DNA of 53,639 nucleotides from Octopus sinensis (Eukaryota): NCBI RefSeq assembly GCF_006345805.1, contig NW_021834275.1, positions 1 to 53,639 of the forward strand, read 5' to 3'. Shown piece by piece: positions 26,125 to 37,982 of this stretch (position 1 is its first letter; each line of letters starts with the position of its first letter). The notes under the pieces were generated by a model. It saw only the letters and a program-made list of their open reading frames with translations, ran no database searches and was not told where the DNA came from. The position numbers and the translations under genes were made by a program.

Positions 26125-26546
26125 TATGTGATAACATGAGTGATGTAGTCTTTCTTATACATGAGAAGCTTCAACTAGGGTCAAATAAGGAACTCTACGG
26201 GTTCAGGATTACCCTGACCAGCAAAAGCATGAGCCCTCTTCCAAATATGGTTCTCCAATCTGCAAGCGCATGCTTAGAACTGGGCCATTGTTCTAACCAT
26301 TTTTACCAGTTACTCATTTTCTCACAAATTCATCTGGAGGTAGCACTTCCCTCTCCACCCTCAGTTTCCTCTCCACTCTCACTTCCGTATACACGCTCAC
26401 TTCCGTCTCCACCTTCACTTCTCTGGAACTAAAAAAGCTAAAATACGCCGATGAGGGCTTGACCGAAGAGGAAAGTACCTTCCCTCAATCCTTTCAGCGT
26501 CGACCACTATTTTTCAACCTCTTTCACTGTTGCCATTAGACAGAGG

Positions 26547-27125
26547 GGATCTTTAGCTTTTGACCTACAGATTTAAAAAATAATGTTTTGTAACTGAACA
26601 CTTTCAAACTTCGGACACTGGTAGAATATGTCATATAAAACATCTTTTTTAATCTTAGCGTTTTTGAGAAAAACTTACATTTACGAAGTTATTTCACGTT
26701 AAAGTTGTCGTGTATTCAGCTGAATGACGTGTATTCATCTGAATAAAATTACTGCCGTTGTTTGTCAACAACAACTATCGGCGGTGTATTTATCGTTTGT
26801 CACTGTTACTTATGACATCGTTCGTGTGTTTGCACTGGTTTTAGCTTTAAAGTTTTAGGGTTAGGGTTAGGGTTAGCGTTTTAGGGTTAGGGTTAGGGTT
26901 TTAGGGTTAGGGTTAGGGTTGTATGGTTAGGGTTAGGGTTTTAGGGTTAGAGCTAAGGTTTTAGGGTTAGGGTTGTCATAAATAACAGTGTCAAACGAAA
27001 TATACACCACCGGAAGTTCTTGTTGACAAACAACTGCAGTAATTTTATTCAGCTGAATACACGTCATTGATTGGTTGAAATTACCGAAATACAACTTTAA
27101 CGTGAAATTATATTATCAAATGTTA
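26547..27125. mobile_element. Merlin-related foldback element with internal (TTAGGG)n/(TTTTAGGG) array
   Basis: Begins GGATCTTT like the Merlin copies; shares ttcaaacttcg..ctggtagaat..ataaaacatcttt and gattggttgaaatt motifs with 46319-46744; inverted arms flank the array at about 26855-26975. Right terminus and TSD not found. Confidence 0.6.
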
Positions 27126-27197
27126 CGTTCCCTTACTTACATCGGTAAGGCGTTATTTGAGAATGGAAGAAGCGGAGTGAGAAATTGAAAGCGTAAT

Positions 27198-27259
<62 letters not shown>

Positions 27260-28061
27260 CGAGGAAAAATTGGCTGTTTCTTTTTGGTGAAGAAAGTTTC
27301 CGCATGGATATCCTCTCACTGGCTCATATATTTACAAGTAGGGAAACTACTAAGGCGAAACATTTACAGAAGGTGATTTAAATATAAGAAAATTGTTACA
27401 GAAGTGTTAAACATATTAACAAGCGAGCGTAATTTCGGACTCAAGAGGAGTAATTTCGGAAGGATCGGAGAATAAAAAAAAGCTTGGAAAAGTTACTTAG
27501 GATACCATCAACTTATTCTGCATCGGCTATTATAAAAATGATATTTATATCAACAACACACGAACGGAGAAAGTGTTTGATATAAGTAGATATCTATTAG
27601 AATGTTTGTTCGGTTTGTTTAATAATTGCTTAGATACAAGAAAATGAAGACTGATAGTTATAACACAATATGAAGAAAACAGTACAACCAAGCCTAGTTT
27701 GTGTTTAGATATATAATAAGCTAAGAAATAGAAGGAAAACACTTCGTTTTGGAAGGAAGATAAATTGGAAGAACAACTCCAGAGAATGTTCAGCAAAAAA
27801 AAAAAAAAAAAATGAAGAAGTAAAACTTGTGTATAGGCAGAATCTTGCAAGATTGGTTATGAACCGAAATGAAATAACATGAAAGTCAGCAAAGTTCTGG
27901 AGAGAAAACAGTATAATCAATCTGTAGCTAAGACACGTGTTAAACATGTGGGGGGAACGCAATTTTCTTATTCTTATATCGTTATGTTTTGGCAGTTATT
28001 TCCCTCATTTGAGAAAGGTAGTAGAAAGGTTTGTTGTAGCCATTTTAATTACTGTGAAAGT

Positions 28062-28295
28062 TGGCTGGCTTAGTATTTAGGGGTGTTGAACTCATTCTCT
28101 GAAGATTATGGTTCCGATTTCTGAACCAAGCTATCCAGTGTTTTATTTTACGTTGATCCAGTCCACTCATCGATTGGCAAAAATGGGGACTTCTGCGATG
28201 GATTAGCGTCCGTTGAACGCTAGAATGTATTTGTCGCAGGATCCTTGGAACCTGTTTTATGAGCCTATGGCTCGGGAAGAACCTTTGATTTTTAG
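28062..28295 (+). mobile_element. Old tRNA-derived SINE with Meta/V-like motif
   Basis: ggcttagt..tagg head remnant; ctgcgatggattagcgtcc; gagcctatggctcgggaagaac tail. Confidence 0.5.
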
Positions 28296-28434
28296 TGACG
28301 AAATTTTGTCAAGAAAAATTCGACCATCAATGGAAAATTACTGCACGAAGGGAAACAACATTGCAGCGGATATAAAAATTAAATCACTTCGATAGATAAA
28401 TGCTGTAATAAATCAAGAATTTCACAAGAACGAA

Positions 28435-28970
<536 letters not shown>

Positions 28971-28984
28971 ACCTATGTATATAA

Positions 28985-29015
<31 letters not shown>

Positions 29016-29496
29016 TGTATGTATGTATGTATGTATGTATGTGCGTACGTATATATATATATATCACGTTCACGAGGACAGATTGAAAATGTAGAAGATA
29101 TATATATTAAAATGAAGTTTGTTCTTTTATAATTTATTCTATTTCCATTTTCTGTTTGACGTTTTATTTATCGATTATATATTTATATTAGCATGTAGTA
29201 ACGATAATAATTTAAGTCTCTCATAACTGCCTCACCCCGAAATGTCTCAAAATTTCTTGAATGCACTATTTACTTAAGCAAATCTTAAAATGTCTATTTG
29301 TTTGTCTACATAAACATACACATGCACAAATATGACTGTTTGTATGCTTTAATGCAAGTGTGTATATGTGTGTGTATGTGTGTGCATTGTGTGTATTTCT
29401 GCCCATATACCTACCTACCTACCTACCTACCTACCTACCTATCTCTCTCTCTCTTATTCCCACTTTCTATTATTCTGTCTGTCTGTCTGTCTCTCT

Positions 29497-29537
<41 letters not shown>

Positions 29538-29573
29538 ATATATATATATATATATGGGGGGGGGGGATTCACA

Positions 29574-29745
29574 AAACACAAAAGACGAAGACAGGTGTGT
29601 AGGCACAAACAGATGTTAGTTTAACGCTTGGGAAGTGAAAAGGTCTTTAACGTTTCGAGCCTACGTCCTTCCACAGAAAGGAACACAGAAAGAAACAAGG
29701 AGAGAAAATAAAGAATGTGTACTGGTTAGCGATCTATCACGGCGA
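29574..29745 (-). mobile_element. Family H3 repeat copy; hammerhead variant at 29645-29680 with disrupted stem II
   Basis: CTTT CTGTGGA A GGAC GTAG GCTC GAAAC GTT AAAG. Confidence 0.65.
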
Positions 29746-29771
29746 ATCTATCACACACACACACACATACA

Positions 29772-29802
<31 letters not shown>

Positions 29803-30347
29803 CACGCACACTATATATATATATATGCATGTGTGTCATATGTGTGTGTGTTTGTGTGCGTATACTCACGCATACACACATATGTTACGCTCTTTACATA
29901 TCATGCTATTTATTAAAATGATGTTGGTATGTCATTAAATGTCTAATGTCCCAATTGGAATATAAACTTTGAATGCCACCGGAGGTCACTTTCTTTCGCT
30001 CTCTCTCTCCTCTCCCTTTCTCATTTTCCCACAGCCATGCCAAAAGGGAAAGATAGCGGATACATAGATTACATAGACATACACTTACACACGCTAATAC
30101 GTATGATACATAGCTATACACATTAGCTGTCATATATCTTTCAAAATTTATTATTCATATTTAATCGTGAATACAGCTCGTGTAATTAATATAAGATTAA
30201 CATATATCTTTCTGTGGTGTGTGTGTGTGTGTTTGTCTGTCTCTCGCTCTCTCTTTCTCTTTCTTTCTTTCTCTCTGTATATATGTATATATATATATGC
30301 CTGTCTATCTGCTCGTTTATCTACTCATCCCTCTACATTTCTCTCCC

Positions 30348-30416
<69 letters not shown>

Positions 30417-30606
30417 GTATATATATATATAGTATATCTATATATATATATATATATTATATATATATATAATATATAATCAATACTCACACACACAACA
30501 CCACACGCGCGCGCACCATGTAAGCGTACATTCATAATCACACAGGCACAGACGCATTTATAATCACTTGTGTATATAACTGTGCGGTAATTGTGTGTTC
30601 CCATAG

Positions 30607-30664
<58 letters not shown>

Positions 30665-31319
30665 ATATATATACATATATATACACACATATATAGATAT
30701 ATGTTTATATATATATAATATATATATATATTATATATTACACTGTAATTACTGTCATTCTTTGCATATCTCCTTTAGCCGCTTCCTATGGACCACGGAA
30801 ACTAGCCTTCTTTGACCATTTTCCATGTGTATGCCTATGTATATATTCCCGTCTAAGTAGGTGCAAATATATATGAATATATGTGTGTACCTGCGTATGT
30901 TTGTCTGTATTTATGCTCACGTGTGTGCGAATGTATTACTGAGACTGTATACGGTGTTGAAATTTGCCGTTGAATGAGACAATTGAGCACAGGCAGAAAC
31001 GAAAATCGGTGATATTGACCGACTGCTAAGATTAATTATATGACATTTCTGAAAATGAAAATGTAATTTCATACTCAACCCGTTCTACGCACAATTTCTT
31101 AAGAAATTCACGTTAAGAAAAATATAAATAAAGAAAGAAGTAGATAAAATTAAAAAACAAAGCTAACATAAAATATCGAAATATACAAACAGACAAACAA
31201 ACAAACAAAAATACACTTGTGCATATAACAGAAAATATGACAATTAATTTGGGGACGTATTATTAGTTTTAGCATTGGCAGTAATGACACGATAATCTTT
31301 CCTCATTTTTACGATAGTT

Positions 31320-31326
31320 CTTCTTG

Positions 31327-31384
<58 letters not shown>

Positions 31385-31719
31385 CCATCATCATCATCAT
31401 ATCATCCCAATCATTCATCATCATCATCATCATCATCATCTTCTTCTTCTTCTTCTTCTTCTTCTTCTTCTTCTTCTTCTTCTTCTTCTTCTTTTTCTTC
31501 TTCTTCTCGTCGTCGACGTCGTCGTCATCATCGTCATCATCATTATTGTCATCATAATCATCATCATCATCATCATCATTATTATCATTATTATTATTAT
31601 TATTATTGCCATCATCATCATAATCATCATCATCATCATCATTATCGTCATCATCATTATTGTCATCATCATCATCATCATCATTATCATCATCATCATT
31701 ATCATCATTATTATTATCA

Positions 31720-31778
<59 letters not shown>

Positions 31779-31831
31779 GTTGTTATTATGACGATTACGA
31801 TCATGATACGATCATGGGGGCAGTGGTGACA

Positions 31832-31863
<32 letters not shown>

Positions 31864-31954
31864 GTCGGTTATGACGAGGATAATTTTGAAGGTGAAGATA
31901 GTGGTACTATTAATGATTGTGACGGTGACCCTTCTCCACTCCCTCCTCCCCATT

Positions 31955-31985
<31 letters not shown>

Positions 31986-32045
31986 CCATCATCAACAACC
32001 AGAAGGGCATGAGTTATTGTCATCTTCATCATTGCGATCATCATC
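31320..32045. repeat. Compound trinucleotide block (ATC)n-(TTC)n-(ATT)n-(GAT)n
   Basis: Directly visible. Confidence 0.97.
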
Positions 32046-32882
32046 ATGGATATCATTTATTTTTTTTTTTTTTTGCAACAACAAAATGACGACAAAATGA
32101 CATAATTATATGACAGAAAAAATTAAATAAAATAGAATATTAATATTTAAGTTTAGAATATTCCAGAACCGAATATTGATAGAATAAAAAAATGTATTTA
32201 AAAAAAAAAGGCTGAAAATGAAACACAAGTAGAAAGACCATTTTTAATTCCAATGTGTATTTAAATTGAAATTCTGTGAATGGCCTTTGTCCTAGCAAGG
32301 GAAGTAAATTTTAAATGTCGTGAAAAATATTACAATAAGGTCAGTGAGTTTATTTCAGATCCATGTGATAAAACTGACAAAAATACAATGGAGTAAACTC
32401 GGAATTAACCAGAAAATTACACCGAAATCTCATCTCATGGATATGTTAACATTTTCAGAATTCCAAATGAATGCATTAAACTATAGTTAAGTTGAATTAG
32501 CACTTGAGCATACGAGCACGCATACAGCGCGGGCGCGCGCGCACACACACACACACACACACGCACTCATGCACGAACACACATATACACACATACACAC
32601 GCATGCAAACATGCACACACAACTCAGATCCATATACACACAGCCATTCACATTGCAGGCTGGACGGACATTCACAAACTCAAATATATATATATATATA
32701 TATAATATATATATATTTAACGCACACTCATATATATATACATATCTATATGCGCATGCATATATACGTACATATATATATTTATGTGTATGTATATATA
32801 TATACATACACACGCACATTCATACATATATATGCATAATTTAAAGTAAAAATGGGGGGCAAACAATATGTGCGTGTGCGTA

Positions 32883-32917
<35 letters not shown>

Positions 32918-33489
32918 CCAGAGCCATACGAATGCACTCATATATACCACTCACATGTTCAACCCACGCATGCACCCATCCATACAACTAAACACTCATA
33001 CAAATCCATACGATTTCGCACAAACGCATTGATGAAATTCCACACGAACCCACACACAGATACGCAGACAGACTACACACATACATAGATACATACACGC
33101 ATAGAGAGATCTAGAGCGTATAATACGTTCTCACAGTCAACCACGCACGTCATCTCCTTCATAAAACCTGGAAAAAAATAAACCAAAATTGAGTTTTTAA
33201 TAAAGTATAAGAGGGAATGCCAAATTACGTGAGAATAAATAACCGATAATTACGTAAGAATCTTTTCAGTGAGTGTCATAATTAATCTCTATACGGCAGG
33301 GTTTCATTTATATTCAATGATGTAGTGAGCTGAAAAACTTCCATCTCATCAACTGAGATTATTCACTGGGCAAAGTCTTCTACTCGCTTACTTGTATTTT
33401 TACTATGCGTCATAAAATAATGCGAATAAAGATCATCGTGCTATGTACAATTTTGTACAGAATCAATGTCGCTACATACCACATATTTA

Positions 33490-33722
33490 TTTCTTTACTA
33501 CCCACAAGGGTCTAAACACAGAGGGGACAAACAAGGACAGACAAAGGGATTAAGTCGATTACATCGATCCCAGTGTGTAACTGGTACTTAAGTTATCGAC
33601 CCCGAAAGGATGAAAGGCAAAGTCAACCTCCGCGGAATTTGAACCCAGAACGTAACGGCAGACGAAATACGGCTACGCATTTCACCGGGCGTGCTAACGT
33701 TTCTGCCAGTTCGCTGCCTTCA
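33490..33722 (-). mobile_element. SINE family A, full length
   Basis: Complete head, body and cccttgtgggtagtaaagaaata tail. Confidence 0.9.
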
Positions 33723-34009
33723 TATTTCTATATAGATATTCATCCCTTCTACATTTACTAATTGAGAAGGATACGCTTCTCTGAAGAGTGCCTGTAATGC
33801 CGAACCCCCTCTGTTGCTCTCACTAGGCTATGACCACCTCACTCAGTATTGTATGGGTCAAATCACAATGGTTAGATGGGAATTGTTGGAACTACATCGG
33901 ATGGAGTTTACTTGCAAACCAAACGGCCATATTTTGCCAATTGATTAAAATAATATCACAGTAGCATACTCAATGCCCATACTATTTTATAATCAGTGGT
34001 GAATATGCT

Positions 34010-34345
34010 GCTGAGACCCCCTTCGGTCATGACTGACCATGGGATTGCATCTAGAAAGTTACCCTCCCAGGCACAAGTCCGGGCAAGGTTGTTTTTTAAG
34101 GAAGACCAGCAGTTGCCCATACATACTGGCCTCCCCTCTCCACGCCACCAGTGTTATCCAAGAGAAAGGCAAAGGGGCCGATACAGCTTGGCATCTGTCA
34201 CGTCGCAACACATTTCTACAGCTGAGGGAACTGGGGCAACGTGAAATAAAGTGCTTTGAACACTTGTCTCAAGAACACAACACGCAGCCCGGTTTGGGAT
34301 TCGAACTCACAACCTCACGAACGTAAGCTCGACGCGCTAACCACT
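34010..34345 (-). mobile_element. tRNA-derived CORE-like SINE, family D, full length
   Basis: gaaggcgcatggttcagtggttagcg...gagttcgaatccc head; ttgtgttcttgag..agcactttatttcacgttgc; distinct 3' half ending catgaccgaagggg. Confidence 0.75.
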
Positions 34346-34399
34346 GAACCATGCGCCTTCACAATGAGTGGTGAATAATTCTCACTGTATTTGAAGATA

Positions 34400-34765
34400 C
34401 ATTAATTTGTTTATTATTTTACTTCTCAGCGCTCTTGCTCAACTTACTCTGGGTGATAACAGCAACCCGTTTTCAGAGGTCTCACGGGGTTCCTTTCCGC
34501 AAATTGTAAAACTTGATACTTGGACGTTAAGTATCGTGGAAGATGCTCAGTACCCAAGCAGCAATCTCAAAATCCTATCCGTCCTCATTAGAGCAGCTTT
34601 TGGGCCTTCTCTGCCCTCATGTCAATTCTAATTTCTCTGACATATTTCTCGAACTCGGTTATTAGTACTCTGAGTACCCCTACAACTATTGCGATAAAAG
34701 TTACTCTCCTTATTGCCCACATTCTCGCAATTTCGTCTTTTAATAGTCTGTTGTTTTCTTTTAAA
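34400..34765 (-). mobile_element. 5'-truncated R4/Dong-type LINE end, fourth family
   Basis: LKDEIARMWAIRRVTFIAIVVGVLRVLITEFEKYVREIRIDMRAEKAQK-(fs)-AALMRTDRILRLLLGY*, then 3' UTR ending taaaataataa. Confidence 0.85.
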
Positions 34766-34772
34766 AACACCA

Positions 34773-34830
34773 CCCCCTGCCGATCCTACGACCGCGAGTC
34801 CACTGTCCTAACCACTGGGTCATTACGCCT
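34773..34830 (-). mobile_element. SINE family C head fragment
   Basis: ggcgtaatgacccagtggttaggacagtggactcgcggtcgtaggatcgg. Confidence 0.65.
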
Positions 34831-34854
34831 CCACACACACAGACACACGCATAC

Positions 34855-34953
<99 letters not shown>

Positions 34954-34966
34954 TTAATTAATTAAA

Positions 34967-34990
34967 TCAGAGGTACAGAGGTAGCCTACT
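34967..34990 (-). CDS. Probable terminal coding exon (SRLPLYL*) of the same peptide gene
   Basis: 80-bp intron 34991-35070 (GTAAGT...ttcttgcttaacCAG) with a CTAAG branch-like motif; phase 0 matches the upstream exon; ATTAAA shortly after the stop. A more distant acceptor cannot be excluded. Confidence 0.45.
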   Translation of the reverse strand, partial: SRLPLYL

Positions 34991-35070
34991 CTGGTTAAGC
35001 AAGAATTCTGCTTAGATCTTTGATTAACAGAAAAAAAAATTAAACTTCACATTTATCTTCTAAGACTTAC

Positions 35071-35226
35071 GTATGATTTCTTCATATTTAACACTTTGTT
35101 TAATAGTGATCCTCCAGCTCTTCCAGTTCTTCCAGTTCTACCAGATCTTCCAGTTCTACCAGATCTTCCAAGAACCGACACCTTAAAAGATATTACAAAT
35201 ATAGTTAGCGTGCAGAAGACATTCAT
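35071..35226 (-). CDS. Coding exon of a candidate small secreted cationic peptide: MNVFCTLTIFVISFKVSVLG|RSGRTGRSGRTGRTGRAGGSLLNKVLNMKKSY (52 codons)
   Basis: caacATG start context; 20-aa hydrophobic leader ending V-L-G; 9-bp repeat units vary only synonymously (GGA/GGT) or conservatively (S/T/A) in this frame; ends at a perfect phase-0 donor TAC|GTAAGT (35070). Unspliced read-through is 57 aa, below the ORF-track cutoff. Confidence 0.65.
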
Positions 35227-35457
35227 GTTGTCTGTTTAGCTTGTCATATATGAAGGTCAAACCGGTTTGAACACGATATCTGAAACGCACAAGCTACTTC
35301 CTAATAGATGGCACTAAAGTTTCTTCGACCTTTTACAAATAAGTATCTCTGATAGTCCTGTTTCTTTCGACCTCAAAAATAGTTTTTCCATGGAACTGAG
35401 TGAGCAGTGTTTGCTCCCCAGCCTGTCAGCGTTGGTCTCCTCATACACTGACGAGTT

Positions 35458-35465
35458 CTTTTATA
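35458..35465 (-). promoter_or_regulatory. TATA box (TATAAAAG) upstream of the peptide gene
   Basis: Consensus TATAAAAG about 240 bp upstream of the ATG; a CA dinucleotide about 32 nt downstream; a TCAGTT initiator-like motif at 35394-35399; a good acceptor (gtgcgtttcAG, 35280) suggests a 5'-UTR intron. Confidence 0.4.
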
Positions 35466-35535
35466 CAAGCATCCGAATTTCTTCTATAAGGACTATAAAT
35501 ATAATATTTTCAAACATATACCTTTACTGTAATTA

Positions 35536-36048
35536 ATTCACAACATTAGAATATCTGTAGTAAAGGTTGTTTGCCAACATAACATAGCAGTCCTGGTTTA
35601 GAACCAATATTGGTGTAATTTAACAGCAGGAGACATCGTCTCCAGCTGTCTTGTGTCCTTATATTTTCGAACAAGGTAATCTAGCACCCCCACTCGAATC
35701 AAAACAATATCTGTGTATCACGATTTCTGGGTTATTTCTCTTCATCAGCACAGAATAATTGTTTGGCTAGAGGTGACGCTGCCAAATTCCAATTTGAAAT
35801 ATATAGTTTTCAAAGTGACAACTAGTCATTGATTTATAAATTAGAAAATTACTATTTTTAAATCTCACAAAATGAGCTGAGCGGGGATGCTAGATTCCCT
35901 TGTTCGAAAATATAAGGACACAGATCATGTTGTATAGCCAGCTGGAGACGATGTATCCTGGGGCTAAATGATAGCAATATTAGTCCTAAGCCAGGACTGC
36001 CATGTTATGTTGGCAAACAATTTTTACTACAAACTATTGTTGCTGAAT
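35536..36048. repeat. Inverted repeat (about 160-170 bp arms: 35536-35695 and 35879-36048) around a hammerhead-like core
   Basis: Arms share ttgtttgccaacataacat.gcagtcctgg, catcgtctccagctg and tgtgtccttatattttcgaacaagg.aatctagca. Confidence 0.85.
35711..35753 (-). ncRNA. Minimal hammerhead-like fold (AUA site), stem II degenerate
   Basis: CTGTG CTGATGA A GAGAAATAACCCA GAA ATC GT GAT A CACAG; stem I CTGTG/CACAG extends with a bulge. Confidence 0.5.
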
Positions 36049-36778
36049 ATCTCACGTTGAGAGATTTAAAAATAGTAATTTTCTAATTAGAATACCTTGT
36101 GTGAAGCATAACAATTACAAATGTTCAGATACCTTTGGCTTGGTTTATCATAGTAAATATATATATATATACACGTTTATGAAATTTTTTTATGAGATTC
36201 CTGATGGGAATGGACTAAACAGAACAGGAGGATACAAGTGGGATAGAAGAGTTGCTGAAGAGGTCACAGACGAGTGTCAAAAGATTTCGAGATAATGAAC
36301 ATAAGATAAAATATGAACAGTAATAAACGAGTGAAGAACGAACATATAGTGCGTGTGTTTATTTGGCAAGAAAAGAAAATGACACCTACACACACACACA
36401 CACACACAGAGCCGATGCTTTCCATGAAACTAGAAAATCCTCTACTATATTCAAAGTAAATTCTGCTTATCTCACTTATGATTTATTACATTTGGACAGC
36501 TTCTTCATTGCTGATGCTAATATCCTAGATGGTCATTTATTTGCGACAGCTGTGAGTATCTTAGCATTAATGTACATCCATCCACCAATTTTGTCACAAC
36601 TTATTTATCTCTAATCATCACCAAACGGAACAATGAAACTTTTGATGTCTTTCCGGCATCATTAACGAAGAATTTTATTTTACTTTCAAATATGCTTGAT
36701 ATACATCAATGGATGAGATTTTATACAACTTCATTCCAGAATTATATTTCCTTTTTTGTACATACGACAGTCAGTTAA

Positions 36779-37344
36779 TTTGCGGTGTCTTTCACACGGC
36801 TTGCTGCTCTAGTGTATATATAATTTCCATCTTACTACTCATACACTATCTATTCTAAAGTCACCACCTTCCTTTTTCTCTTCTGAGACAATTTCATAGT
36901 GACTGACAAAAATATTCTCTTATTTGGGTTTATCAGATGGCATGCTGCTGCTTGGCTCCGAAAGATAGACTGCCAAGAAAAACTTCTGGGACAGATTTCA
37001 CCAGGTCCGTTTCTAGACATTCTGTTGAGAAAATGGCTTTTGATGGACTAAATTCAATTCCTTTGCGGTATGTTTCATACGGCTTGCAGTACTGGTGTAT
37101 ATATGGTTTCCATCTAACTACCTATACACTCCCCATTCTAAAGTCACTACCGTTCTGTCTTCTGAGACAAGTTCATAGTGACTGACAAAAATATCCAGTT
37201 ATTTGAGTTTATCAAATGACATGTTACTGTTTGGTTCCGAAAGACAGACTGCCAAGAAAAGAGTTCTGGGACTGATATTATCAGGTCCGTTTTTAGACAT
37301 TCTATTGAGAACATGGCTTTTGAAGAACTAAATTTAATTCCTGC
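36779..37344. repeat. Diverged tandem duplication, period 283 bp, origin unknown
   Basis: Units start tgcgg at 36781 and 37064; colinear throughout. Confidence 0.9.
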
Positions 37345-37439
37345 ATCTGACCGAGTGGACTTTCATATTATGGTACTCTTGAAAAAGTCCCAAATGTTTT
37401 TCTATTATTTAAAGTCATAATCAGATTCGTCTGCTAAAT

Positions 37440-37650
37440 CCCCCATACTCTTTACTATTTACTCTTATGCTGGAGCACCGTCTTTAGTCGAGCAAATCGA
37501 CCCCAGGACTTATTCTTTGTAAGCCTAGTACTTATTCTTTTGCCGAACCGCTAAGTTACGGGGACGTAAACACACCAGCGTCGGTTATGAAGCGATGTTG
37601 GGGGGACAAACACAGATACACAAACATACACACACACACAAACATACACA

Positions 37651-37707
<57 letters not shown>

Positions 37708-37982
37708 GTATATATATATATATATATCCGACGGGCTTCTTTCAGTTTCCGTCTACCAAATTACATATATGCCAATACAGATCTCAGACTTGTCTGGTAC
37801 CATCTAACAAGTAATTATTGGTTAATCTTATTGGAAGAGTATTATATTATGATATCGGGACTGACTCTTTGACAACAAGGCTCTAGTAGAAGACACTTGC
37901 CCAAGGTGCCACGCAGTGGGGCTGAATCCGGAACCATGTGGTTGGTAAGCAAGCTACTTACCACACAGCCACTCCGGCGCCT
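37440..37982 (-). mobile_element. SINE family B interrupted by a 115-bp inverted copy of nearby DNA
   Basis: SINE halves 37440-37760 and 37876-37982; insert is the reverse complement of 38192-38311. Confidence 0.85.

Noticed and set aside
26855-26975. TTAGGG array as evidence of a chromosome end or fusion
   Set aside because: Short, degenerate and embedded in a transposon-like foldback.
34407-34631. Plus-strand ORF starting MFIILLLSALAQLTLG that looks like a signal peptide
   Set aside because: It is the antisense of the R4/Dong 3' end on the minus strand and begins at a non-ATG codon.
35071-35181. Alternative reading of the peptide exon as a 111-nt internal exon using ttttAAG|GTG at 35182
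   Set aside because: The supposed intron upstream is itself in frame back to caacATG and encodes the hydrophobic leader, so the longer exon is more parsimonious, although this cryptic acceptor could be used.
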